Source of the DNA: an uncultured Acidobacteriota bacterium
Lineage (GTDB): Bacteria; Acidobacteriota; Blastocatellia; RBC074
Length of the DNA stretch: 64,000 nt
Reading direction: 5' to 3'
Assembly (NCBI GenBank): GCA_963796275.1
Contig: CAWCKY010000006.1
Location: forward strand, 768,001-832,000
The notes below the pieces were generated by a model. That model saw only the letters and a program-made list of their open reading frames with translations, ran no database searches and was not told where the DNA came from. This document shows, one piece after another, positions 23,186 to 32,313 of this stretch. The translations under genes and the position numbers were made by a program. Position 1 is the first letter of the stretch. Each line of letters opens with the position of its first letter.

Positions 23186-24583
23186 TCAAGCCCATTCTCT
23201 CGATTCCGCTACGCTGCGGCCGTATGGCTTCATGCCGAGCCAGATGACGAGCGTGCCCAGCGGACCCAGTAAGAGACCGGTTAAAGAGAGCGAAAGCCCG
23301 ATTTGACTCTCGGACTGGAAGACATAATCCGTAAAGACCGCCACAATGGTCGGCCCTATTCCGACTCCGATCACGTTGAAGACGAACAGGAAGAGAGCCG
23401 TGATCTGCCCGCGCATCTGATTGGGCGTAATGATTTGAAGCGCGGCATTGAGCGGGGCTGCGGTACACGCCAGCCAAAAGAGGCTGAATGTCGATACGGC
23501 GATGGCCAGATAAGCGTTCGGCATGAACGGGAACATTATCCCAAACGGCAGCGCCACCAGCTTGGCCAGAAAAACTACGCGCAGGTTCGCGTCGTCGCGT
23601 CCAGCTTTGGCGAAGCGCTCGGCGAGTATGCTTCCGAGCAGCGCTCCGATCGGCAAAACGGCGATGATAATCAGTCCCTGGATCAGCCCGTATTCTTTAG
23701 GCGTCCAACCGAAAGTCCGCATGTAAAAGGCGGGAGCCCAACTGGCGCCGCCGATGGACATGACGATTTGAATGCCCATCCCAATGAATATCGGTGCGAA
23801 GGTAGCTCTGTTCTTGCCTAGGAAAGCGAACACGTCTCTGATCGGAATAGGCTTTGTTGAATCATTCGTGTTAGCGCTGATACGCCCTCTCCTCTTAGGC
23901 TCGCGAACCGTAGCCAGCAGAGCGGCCACGATCAGTCCGGGTAGTCCGACGACGACGAACGTCAGTTGCCAGCCACGCATTGTCGCGCCGATCAGAGGGA
24001 GAGTTACCGGAGGCAAGTTTAAAAACATTTGCGTGATAGCGCCGCCGATGATCAGAGCCAGGCCGGTTCCGGCATAGAATCCGAAGTTGAGAAATGCGAT
24101 AGCTCTCGGCAGTTTTTCTCTGGGAAAAAGATCTGCGAGCATCGAATAAGTCGCCGGCCCGCTGCACGCTTCACCAGACCCGACACCAACTCGGCAAATA
24201 AAGAGCTGCCAGAAGCTCTGAGCCAGGCCGCACAACGCGGTCATGAAACTCCAGATCGCGACTCCGATGCCGAGGATGGCTCGCCGGCTCTTATAATCCG
24301 CCATCCTCGCGATGGGAAGACCGAGAATCACGTAGAAGCAGGAGAACGCGAACCCCATCACCAGACTCATCTGGAAATCGCTCAGTCCCAGGTCGCGTTT
24401 GATCGGCTCGACGAGCAGGGAGACGATCCCGCGGTCGAGAAAGTTGATCATGAGCGCGAGGGCGAAAACGAAAACCGCATACCAGGCCCGGGCCGGGCTG
24501 GGCCAGGGTTCGCTCGTTGCGTCTCGCGCAATTCTCTCATCAGCCAAAGAATCGGCGGAGATTTTAGTCGCTTCAGTGCTCAT
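23186..24583 (-). CDS. MFS transporter (spinster-like)
   Basis: NFLDR..SLLVEPIKRDLGLSD, ARMADYKSRR motif A, about 12 hydrophobic segments, PNQMRG. Confidence 0.92.
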   Translation of the reverse strand: MSTEATKISADSLADERIARDATSEPWPSPARAWYAVFVFALALMINFLDRGIVSLLVEPIKRDLGLSDFQMSLVMGFAFSCFYVILGLPIARMADYKSRRAILGIGVAIWSFMTALCGLAQSFWQLFICRVGVGSGEACSGPATYSMLADLFPREKLPRAIAFLNFGFYAGTGLALIIGGAITQMFLNLPPVTLPLIGATMRGWQLTFVVVGLPGLIVAALLATVREPKRRGRISANTNDSTKPIPIRDVFAFLGKNRATFAPIFIGMGIQIVMSIGGASWAPAFYMRTFGWTPKEYGLIQGLIIIAVLPIGALLGSILAERFAKAGRDDANLRVVFLAKLVALPFGIMFPFMPNAYLAIAVSTFSLFWLACTAAPLNAALQIITPNQMRGQITALFLFVFNVIGVGIGPTIVAVFTDYVFQSESQIGLSLSLTGLLLGPLGTLVIWLGMKPYGRSVAESREWA

Positions 24584-24623
24584 CCAATACTCCTTCGGAC
24601 ATTCGCTGCTTCGTGGTTGATCT

Positions 24624-25523
24624 TCATTCCAAGACCAGCTGGCTTGCCCTGGCTTTGGCGTTCATTTGGCGGCGGCCCTCTTCGATCGCCAATCGCCTGG
24701 GATCGGCTTCGCCTTCGGGCAGAGCCGCCAGGATTTCGTCGAAGAGCGCCTTCAACTCTTCCTTGAATTCGGGGTGGGTGAAGATATAGAGGTCATTGCG
24801 TCGGATGCCGCGCAGAACTTTCTCGCCCATCTCTTCTGGCTCCATTCCGAATTGATGTATCTCCGGCAGCCTGGCCATAAACTCCTGATTGGCGGGCCCG
24901 ATGTCGGTGGAGAACTGCGGCGGGCGGATCTTGTCGCTCTCGTATATGGCGGACTTGACAAGCCCCGGACATACCACGGAAACGCCGATGCCATAAGGCA
25001 TCAGGCTCCAGCGCAGCGATTCGCTCAGCCCGCGCACGGCGAACTTCGCGGTCGTATAAACGCCCGCACCGGGCCCGGTGATGAACGAAGCCATCGAGGC
25101 CGTGTTCACGATCTGGCCCCCTTCGCCGTGTTTCTTGATCCGGGGGACGAAGGTCCGGATGCCGTTGATCACTCCGCCGAGATTGACGCCGAGCAACCAG
25201 TCCCAATCTTCATACGTGCATTCATCCATCGGCGCGAAAAAATTGACGCCGGCGTTATTGCAGACTACGTGAACCTTGCCGAACACCCGTTCCGCCTCGT
25301 CCGCCGCGCGATTGAAGGCCGCGCGATCGGTCACGTCCAACCGGATCGGATGCGCGCTTCGGCCCGTCTCACCGAAATGAGCCATCGTGCGATCGAGATG
25401 ATCCTGCCGGATGTCGGCGATAACTACCTTCATGCCGGCGTCATGAAAAACCTTGGCCATACCGAATCCGACGCCGCTGCCGCCGCCGGTGATAAAAGCA
25501 ACTTTTCCCTGTACGTCTTTCAT
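24624..25523 (-). CDS. Short-chain dehydrogenase/reductase (LigD/LigO-like subgroup)
   Basis: MKDVQGKVAFITGGGSGVG, MKVVIADIRQDHLD, CNNAG, YTTAK. Confidence 0.9.
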   Translation of the reverse strand: MKDVQGKVAFITGGGSGVGFGMAKVFHDAGMKVVIADIRQDHLDRTMAHFGETGRSAHPIRLDVTDRAAFNRAADEAERVFGKVHVVCNNAGVNFFAPMDECTYEDWDWLLGVNLGGVINGIRTFVPRIKKHGEGGQIVNTASMASFITGPGAGVYTTAKFAVRGLSESLRWSLMPYGIGVSVVCPGLVKSAIYESDKIRPPQFSTDIGPANQEFMARLPEIHQFGMEPEEMGEKVLRGIRRNDLYIFTHPEFKEELKALFDEILAALPEGEADPRRLAIEEGRRQMNAKARASQLVLE

Positions 25524-25566
25524 AGCGGACCTTTCAATCAAGACTGCCCTTCTACGCGTCCCGACA

Positions 25567-27354
25567 TTAGAGCGGACACCCGCAGTCTTCATCACTCTCC
25601 TTATTTTCCGGAAGCGGGCAGCCGCAGTCTTCCTCGCTCTCTATTTTTTCGGGTGCAGGGAAGAAGTAATGCCGAACATCGTAGCTCGGACGGATCGCAG
25701 TCTGCGGCCGCCATTTGTCAATGGATGCGGATGTCGTATGAGCGAGATCGGTCGTCAGCCAGAGCGGGTTCGTTTCGCCGCCGACGATGACGACATTGAT
25801 GTTTTCCGGCTCGTTCCATGGCGCGATCAACGTGTCATCCGGGACTTTAGCCCAGGTGGCGTACGGTTCGACTCCCCGCCGCGCGAGCGGAACCATAAGG
25901 TTGCTCACGACATCAGCTTCCCAATATTGTTTCGCGGGTATCTTGACGTTCTCCGAGAGCCACCGGGCCAGAGATTCTTTCGTCTCGAAGCCGTGATTTT
26001 CTTTAAGACCTTTCGCCACCAGCGGGTCCATGACCAGCGTGGCCATTGAACGAAGCGCCTGAAACGCTTTCAGCATAATTGCGGTCTCTTCGTGCGCGCC
26101 GCGGCGGTTGGGGGCGCCCATGGCGTTGATGAAGCTCCAACCTCTGAAGAGACTGACGACGCTCTCTTCGGGGCGGAAGCCCTTTTGGACGTGGAACGAT
26201 CCCCAGACGCTCTTCTCTTCATTCTCGGCGACGCACATATTGTTATAGTTGAGATTGTTCCCCTGTGAACCGAGGAAAGTCTCTCCTACTTTGGTGTTCC
26301 CGAGCGTCAGGGTCATCAAAGTCCAGGCCCTGCCGATCGCCGAATTGGCCAGATTCACTGGACTCAGCGCGCCGACCCCGCAATTCATACCTATTTCATG
26401 CCGGATCGGGCCGTTGACGACCATCATTCTGCCGAATGAAGTCGTCGAACTCGGGATGGCGGGTTCACCGGTCGAGGCGATCGCCAGTAACACCGGAAGA
26501 TGCTCCGGTCTGGCGCCCGCCATTACCGCATTGATGGCGACCTTCTCGACGGTGTATTGCGTCCCCCGCTCTTTCTTGGTCGTGATGGTCATCTCGCCGA
26601 TAACCTCATCGGGAGGATGGCCTGTTCCCGTTAGCATTTCAGCCACTTTCTCTTCCGTGGGAAGAATGATCGGCAGTCCATCCGTCCAGCCGTTCTCATA
26701 AAAGAGGCGGCGAAGATTGTCTTCAGTATCCCGTTCCAACAGTCGCGGCTGTTCTGAGAAGGTCGAACTTAATGAAACCTGTTCAAAATTCTCCTGGGTG
26801 AGCGTGTCGATCACGCGCCGCATAATCGGAACGCCGGACACCGGGTCGTCCCCTTCGACATATCGGCGGAGGGTTGAGATGGGCATTCCCACGAGCGGAT
26901 GCGGAGTGAAGGTGAACGGCAGGACCATCCCGTGTATGCGCTGCTCCTTCGCCAGAAAATCGGCGAACCTCATCGTCGCCATCGGAGCTGTGGGGATTCC
27001 GTAATCTTTTTCCAGTCTTCTGCAGTATTCGGCGACCGCCGAAGAGCAGCCGTCTCAGCCGCCGACGCCGAAGATCACGGCATCGCACCTCCGCTTCAAT
27101 TCAGTCCAAAACTCCGGTTCATCCGTAAACATGTTTCCCGGCTTCCTCATAACTTCGGTCTTCACCGAAGGCATCCGTCTGGAAAACCATCCCTTCATCT
27201 CCTCCAGAAATTCATAAGCCCCGCCAAATCCGACATCCACCAGATAAACAGTTTTGCCTTCGATCTCACCAAGTCGGGGAGCCAATGGGGCCGGCTTTGT
27301 CGTATGAGTCGGCCGGCCCACCGGGTTCAAAACCGTATAAAGTGTTTTGGTCAT
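25567..27354 (-). CDS. UGSC-family selenoprotein (UxxC), fused to a conserved C-terminal domain, 595 aa; Sec at TGA 27057-27055
   Basis: ATG 27354 with GAGGAG RBS; ...DAVIFGVGG-TGA-DGCSSAVAEYCRRLEKDYGIPTAP joins in frame (25 codons) to ORF 25567..26982 (PHP, GWTDGLPIILPT, TVEKVAINAVMAG, VNGPIR). SECIS-like hairpin follows the TGA. Confidence 0.88.
27020..27054 (-). promoter_or_regulatory. Bacterial SECIS-like hairpin
   Basis: UGA-GACGG-CUGC-UC-UUCGGC-[GGUC]-GCCGAA-UACU-GCAG: 6-bp upper stem, G-first loop 17 nt after UGA, 4-bp lower stem. Confidence 0.75.
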
Positions 27355-27440
27355 TGAGTTCTCCTCAGCGGCACAGCGCCGTGCGCGTGCAACCAAACAG
27401 GTGATTGCAGCGCGCGGTGCCGATCGCGGTATTGATCGGA

Positions 27441-30400
27441 TCAAAAGATGAACTTCAACCCGAACTGAATCTGCCGGGACGAATTGACCGTGTTGAGAAA
27501 TCGCCCGACGTTCGGATTCGGATTCGGCGTCGGGGCAGCGGCCGTTCCAGTGAAAAGAGTAAATTGTGAAGGTGTCTGGAAATTCGGATGATTGGTGGCG
27601 TTGAAAACCTCCGTCCGGAACTGTATGTCCAATTTCTCTGAGATCTTCGTATTCTTCAACATAGCGAGATCGACATTGAAGAAGCCCGGCCCCCTGATCG
27701 AGTTCCTCGGCACATTGCCCAGCATGCCGAGAGGCTGCAAGACATAGCAGCTCGGATCGAACCACTGATTCGGATCGCCTATCAGCCGATCAGAATTACA
27801 ACCCGGGGCGCCGGAATAGTTCGGACGATCTCCGACGATACCGCCCAACCTCGACCGGGCGGGGAAAGTGAAGCCTGTCTGGATATTGATCGGAGTACCG
27901 TCGTAGGTGCGCAGGATTCCGCTCAATTGCCATCCTTCGATCAACTTGTTTCCGCGGAAGGGTAATGGATAGACGGCGTTGGCGCTGAAAGTGTGGGGGA
28001 TATCGAACGAGCAGAGTCCGCGATCGTAGGCTTGATTCAGCGCGTATGTTATCGGAAATGCCCCTTGTTCGAGACCGGAGCTGACCGAGCCGTCGTCGAT
28101 ACACTTCGACCACGTGTAGGCCGCCCCAAGGACAAATCCCTGACTGAACTGCCGATTGAGGCTCGTCTGCATAGAATGGTAAGTCGAGTGGCTGCTCGGC
28201 GCGACGTTGTTCAGTGAGCCGAAGTTGGGATTGGTCGCCATCCCCGAAAAAGGATTGCCCGGCGTGCCAGGCGAGCCTATGCCGCCAAGAGTCCCCATGG
28301 GCAGGTTCTGGTCGCGAATGGAGAACAGATGGACGCCACTCGAGCCGACATAGCCTACTGATGCGATGAAGCTGCCGGGAAGCTCACGCTGGATCGTCAG
28401 GTTGTATTGCATCGCATAAGGCGCGGTGTCTGTCGAATAGTCGAGCCCCGCGAACGCGGTATAGTTCGCGGCGAAGACGGATCCCGGCGGCAGCCCAATG
28501 CCATAGGGGTTTGAAAGAAGCAGTGGCGGAGCCGTAGGATTGCCCGTGGCTAGCCGCAGATTGACCAGAATGTTGGCGCCAGATGGCGGAGCCAGATAAA
28601 AGGCTGGCGCGTATGTGCGAGGGGCTACTGGCTCGTGGAAGATTCCGAAGCCGGCGCGTATCGATGTCTTGTGATCCTTGAACGGATCCCAGGCCAGGCC
28701 GATTCGCGGATCGAGATTCCAGAGGTTCGGATTTTTCGCCAGCACGCGATCGACTGTTGTGAATCCAGTCGATGTCAAGGGATCGAGGATCACGTTGAGA
28801 GGAATCCCTCCGGCTCCCTTGGCGTTCGTCGCGAACGCATATCGCAAACCCAGATTGAGCGTCAGTCGCGGCGTCACCTTCCAATCGTCCTGGATGTAGG
28901 GGAAGATGTCGATTTCGCGGAAATAGCGGGCAGTGGAGAAATCCGGTGACGGCGCCGCCATTCCCAACATATTGAGCGGCGTTCCATTCAGGAAATTCTC
29001 GAGCGTGCCAAAGGTGAAATTTCCGCCGACATAGGCCGGTGCGGAGAGGTTGGTTTGAACCCGCGTCACCGTAGCGCCTATCTTGAGGCTGTGTGATCCG
29101 CTGTTCAATATAAGGTCGTCTCCCACAGTGAACTTGTTCTGTACGAGGACAAACGGCACCGTGCCGCTGGCGCCGATCGGTGTGACCGGCCCGAGAGCCC
29201 CGGTGGCGAAGATCGCGCCGTCCTGCCGCCCTCCGCCGATTATCTGGAGCGCAGGCGTAGAGCCGTCGGTGCGGCCGCGCTCGTTGGTTCGCGTGAAGCT
29301 GAATCGAATCGAGTTGACCACCTTTGGCGAAAAGATCCGTTTCTCTTCGATGGTGAAAAACTGGTTTTTCGTATTGTCAACTTCCGGCCATAAAGCGAGT
29401 TCAGAGAGCGGAAAAGGGATGCGACGGAACGCCCTGTTAACAATATACCGCCCGAAGAGAGAATCCTTCTGCGAGAACGCGTAATCCATACGTCCGAGAA
29501 CATAGTCCTCGTTGATGATCTCATCGGCGACGGATGTATATAGCCCCACGCCGGTTCGACGGCCTTGAGCATCGAGCAGGTCGGCGCCTATCGGCAATCC
29601 CGGCGCGGCGGAGGCGTTTGGAAACGGATAGAGGTCCAATATCTTCGCTATCATCGCCTTGTCGGGATTCGGATCATTGGGATTCGGGACGCCTAAGTTT
29701 ATGTCGGGAGTGGAAGCCGTGCAGGCGGCAGTACTGTTGAGCGCGGCGCAAGGCAATATTCCCTGATGTACGTTCGCGTTCGGAACGAACAGGCGGCCGG
29801 TCTGGCCCTGCGACTGGCGAAGGCCTTCGTAAGTTCCGAAGAAGAAGAGCTTGTCTTGCTTGATCGGTCCTCCGAGCGCGCCTCCGAACTGATTCCTGCG
29901 AAACGTGGGTATGTCCGCCACCGGATCGTCGAAGTAATTCTTCGCGTCGAATACGCTGTTGCGCAGAAATTCGAACGCCGAACCGTGCAGCGCGTTCGAG
30001 CCGGATCTACTCACAGCGTTGACGACTGCGCCGGTTCCTCCATATTCGGCGCTGTAGGTGTTGGTCAATACGCGGAACTCCAGAATCGCCTCGACTCCGA
30101 GAGAATTGCCGGTGACCGACGATCCCGCCCCGTGATTGAAAAATCCCTGCAACTCAGTGTTGTCGAGCAGGAACGATTGTCCGACCGGCCTCGAACCGGA
30201 GACCGAATAGTTTGTTCCCTGACCGTAGAAAGTGGCCGATCCGCCTCCCCCGGCCGGGCTTTGGGGGACGGCCTGCACACCGGGCGACAGCGTCATCAGC
30301 GCCGTAAAATTTCGCCCATTCAGCGGTAGATCGCGCATCTGGGTTGGGGTGATGAGGGTAGAGACCGAGGCGGTACGTACCTCCACTTGCGCTGCCTCGC

Positions 30401-30794
30401 CTACCACGGTAACCGTCTCAGTCGTCGCGCCGGGTGACAGCGTCAGATCCGCGACAGGCTGGCTGCCGACCGTCAGAGTGATCCCCGTGCGGACTACCGT
30501 CTGGAACCCGGTGGCCGAAGCCCGAACTTCATATTCGCCGACGGGCAGATTCGGTATGTTGTATCGCCCCTGTGAATCTGTTATGGCAGATTGTGTGATT
30601 GAGGTTCCGAGGTTCTTCACCTCGATCTTCGCGCCGACCAACACCGCCCCTGAACTATCCGCAACTGTGCCTGAGATGGTCGCCGTTCTGACCTGCGCCT
30701 CGATACGAATCACGCCCACTATGACGATCAGAATAAAGGCGTATATCGAAGCGTTGCAGAACAGCTTCAACTTCCACATTTCCATTCTTGGCAT
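27441..30794 (-). CDS. TonB-dependent receptor, Oar-like, with carboxypeptidase-regulatory N-domain
   Basis: Signal peptide, ISGTVADSSGAV, LPLNGRNF, FLRNSVFDAKNYF, YIQDDWKV..LTLNLGLRY, RQIQFGLKFIF. Start placed after AAGGAG RBS (alternative 30809). Confidence 0.93.
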   Translation of the reverse strand: MPRMEMWKLKLFCNASIYAFILIVIVGVIRIEAQVRTATISGTVADSSGAVLVGAKIEVKNLGTSITQSAITDSQGRYNIPNLPVGEYEVRASATGFQTVVRTGITLTVGSQPVADLTLSPGATTETVTVVGEAAQVEVRTASVSTLITPTQMRDLPLNGRNFTALMTLSPGVQAVPQSPAGGGGSATFYGQGTNYSVSGSRPVGQSFLLDNTELQGFFNHGAGSSVTGNSLGVEAILEFRVLTNTYSAEYGGTGAVVNAVSRSGSNALHGSAFEFLRNSVFDAKNYFDDPVADIPTFRRNQFGGALGGPIKQDKLFFFGTYEGLRQSQGQTGRLFVPNANVHQGILPCAALNSTAACTASTPDINLGVPNPNDPNPDKAMIAKILDLYPFPNASAAPGLPIGADLLDAQGRRTGVGLYTSVADEIINEDYVLGRMDYAFSQKDSLFGRYIVNRAFRRIPFPLSELALWPEVDNTKNQFFTIEEKRIFSPKVVNSIRFSFTRTNERGRTDGSTPALQIIGGGRQDGAIFATGALGPVTPIGASGTVPFVLVQNKFTVGDDLILNSGSHSLKIGATVTRVQTNLSAPAYVGGNFTFGTLENFLNGTPLNMLGMAAPSPDFSTARYFREIDIFPYIQDDWKVTPRLTLNLGLRYAFATNAKGAGGIPLNVILDPLTSTGFTTVDRVLAKNPNLWNLDPRIGLAWDPFKDHKTSIRAGFGIFHEPVAPRTYAPAFYLAPPSGANILVNLRLATGNPTAPPLLLSNPYGIGLPPGSVFAANYTAFAGLDYSTDTAPYAMQYNLTIQRELPGSFIASVGYVGSSGVHLFSIRDQNLPMGTLGGIGSPGTPGNPFSGMATNPNFGSLNNVAPSSHSTYHSMQTSLNRQFSQGFVLGAAYTWSKCIDDGSVSSGLEQGAFPITYALNQAYDRGLCSFDIPHTFSANAVYPLPFRGNKLIEGWQLSGILRTYDGTPINIQTGFTFPARSRLGGIVGDRPNYSGAPGCNSDRLIGDPNQWFDPSCYVLQPLGMLGNVPRNSIRGPGFFNVDLAMLKNTKISEKLDIQFRTEVFNATNHPNFQTPSQFTLFTGTAAAPTPNPNPNVGRFLNTVNSSRQIQFGLKFIF

Positions 30795-31220
30795 TCTTTC
30801 TCCTTTCATTATTCATCGCCTGCGTTAAGTAAGGAATCGATAGCGATTAATCCGCATGCGCCGCATTTGGTGGATGGCGCAACGGACTGCAAGAACGGAG
30901 ATCAATTTAGACTTCAGAGAAATGGGCTCTGATATTTATGAAAGCCGAATACGAGAGCCTATATATGCCCTTGTCCTTCTGCTGTCAACTCTGTTATATC
31001 AGTTTTGAAAGATTACATTCAGATTCGCGACGATTCAGAGGGTTCAGGCGATTCATATGACCGATGCACAAAAATGGGAGACAGTATCCGACCCCCAAAA
31101 GGTCTCCCAAAGGGAGAATTTCCGGTTCTGAATCATGCACACACCTGTGATAGAGTAGCTCTTCAGTTTTATCCTCCTTCAAATTCAATAACTTATTAAC
31201 CAAGATTGAAGGGAGGATCT

Positions 31221-32237
31221 ATGCATCGAACAGAAACCTTACTCTTCTCTTTCGTCGTTCTCCTTCTCCTCTCCATCATTTATGCGCCTTCATTCGGGCA
31301 GTCGACATCCGATCAACGGGTTTTAAAGGTACGAACCGAGCTGGTGAACGTTGATGTTCTGGCCAAGCAAAAAAAGACCGGGCGCATCGTCAATAATTTG
31401 GATAAGGATGATTTCACCGTCCTCGAAGATGGCATCAAGCAGACGATTTCGCATTTCGGTCAGGAGCGGCTCCCGCTCTCGATAATCCTGCTCGTAGACC
31501 GCGCCGGATGCATCAACGCCTTCAATGATCGGATTCGGGGGGCGACGATCGATGCGTTCAGCCGGCTCAAGAGCGAGGACGAGGTCGCGATCATGACCTT
31601 CTCCAGCAAAGTGAGCCTTGCTCAGCCGTTCACCCGCGATCGCCAGTTGATCGCCGACCAGATCATGGCCGTCGAGAGGCAGCATCGGAGCGAGCAACAT
31701 TATTTCAACGCCGGCATATACGAAGCCTCGACCTATATGAGCAAGGCGGCCAATCCCCTGGGCAGGCGGGCGATCATCGTGCTGACCAGTCTCGAGGCGA
31801 GCATCGATTTTTCCAAGATATCGGAGAAGGAAGCGCTCGAAGCCTTGCTTGAATCAGGCGCTGTCGTCTCGGGCGTTCTCGTGAAGACGCTCGGCGCGCG
31901 CCTGGAGCAGGGGGTACGCGGGAAGCCGACCAGCATCCTGCGCCACGTCGGGTTGCGATCTGGCAGTCTGAAGATGTTCGTCGAGGAGACAGGAGGTGAG
32001 TTGATCAGCGCCCAGCCCGAGCGAATAAACGAAACGCTCGTTGAGATGGTCGATCATCTCGCGGTCAGTTATTCGCTCGCATACCTACCGACCAATTCGG
32101 TTCGCGACGGAAGACGACGGCGCATTAAGGTGCAGTTATCGCCGGATGTCGAGAAACGCGAAGGAAAGACGGTGTTGATAACTCGGCGCAGTTACATTAT
32201 GCCGAAGGACGTGAATACAACGGAGAAGAGTTTTTAG
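31221..32237 (+). CDS. Acidobacterial VWA-domain protein, secreted
   Basis: GGAGG RBS; LKVRTELVNVDV, DFTVLEDGIKQTI, PLSIILLVD, ETGG, YSLAY.P....DG..RRIKV. Confidence 0.88.
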   Translation: MHRTETLLFSFVVLLLLSIIYAPSFGQSTSDQRVLKVRTELVNVDVLAKQKKTGRIVNNLDKDDFTVLEDGIKQTISHFGQERLPLSIILLVDRAGCINAFNDRIRGATIDAFSRLKSEDEVAIMTFSSKVSLAQPFTRDRQLIADQIMAVERQHRSEQHYFNAGIYEASTYMSKAANPLGRRAIIVLTSLEASIDFSKISEKEALEALLESGAVVSGVLVKTLGARLEQGVRGKPTSILRHVGLRSGSLKMFVEETGGELISAQPERINETLVEMVDHLAVSYSLAYLPTNSVRDGRRRRIKVQLSPDVEKREGKTVLITRRSYIMPKDVNTTEKSF

Positions 32238-32313
32238 TTTTTAGTTTTTAGTTTTCAGTTGAACTGTCTCGATCAGCAACTGAAAACTAAAAACTGAAAA
32301 CTGAAAACTCTTC
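32225..32313. repeat. Heptamer-armed palindrome between convergent genes (possible bidirectional terminator)
   Basis: gaagagtttttagtttttagtttttagttttcagttg ... caactgaaaactaaaaactgaaaactgaaaactcttc. Confidence 0.85.

Noticed and set aside
27055-27057. TGA as a nonsense mutation or true stop
   Set aside because: Falls exactly in an xxC redox context with an adjacent hairpin and an intact downstream frame; not excluded without finding sel genes.
27355-27765. N-terminal 137 codons of ORF 27055..27765
   Set aside because: Out-of-frame overlap with the receptor's 3' end; the RBS-supported start is 27354.
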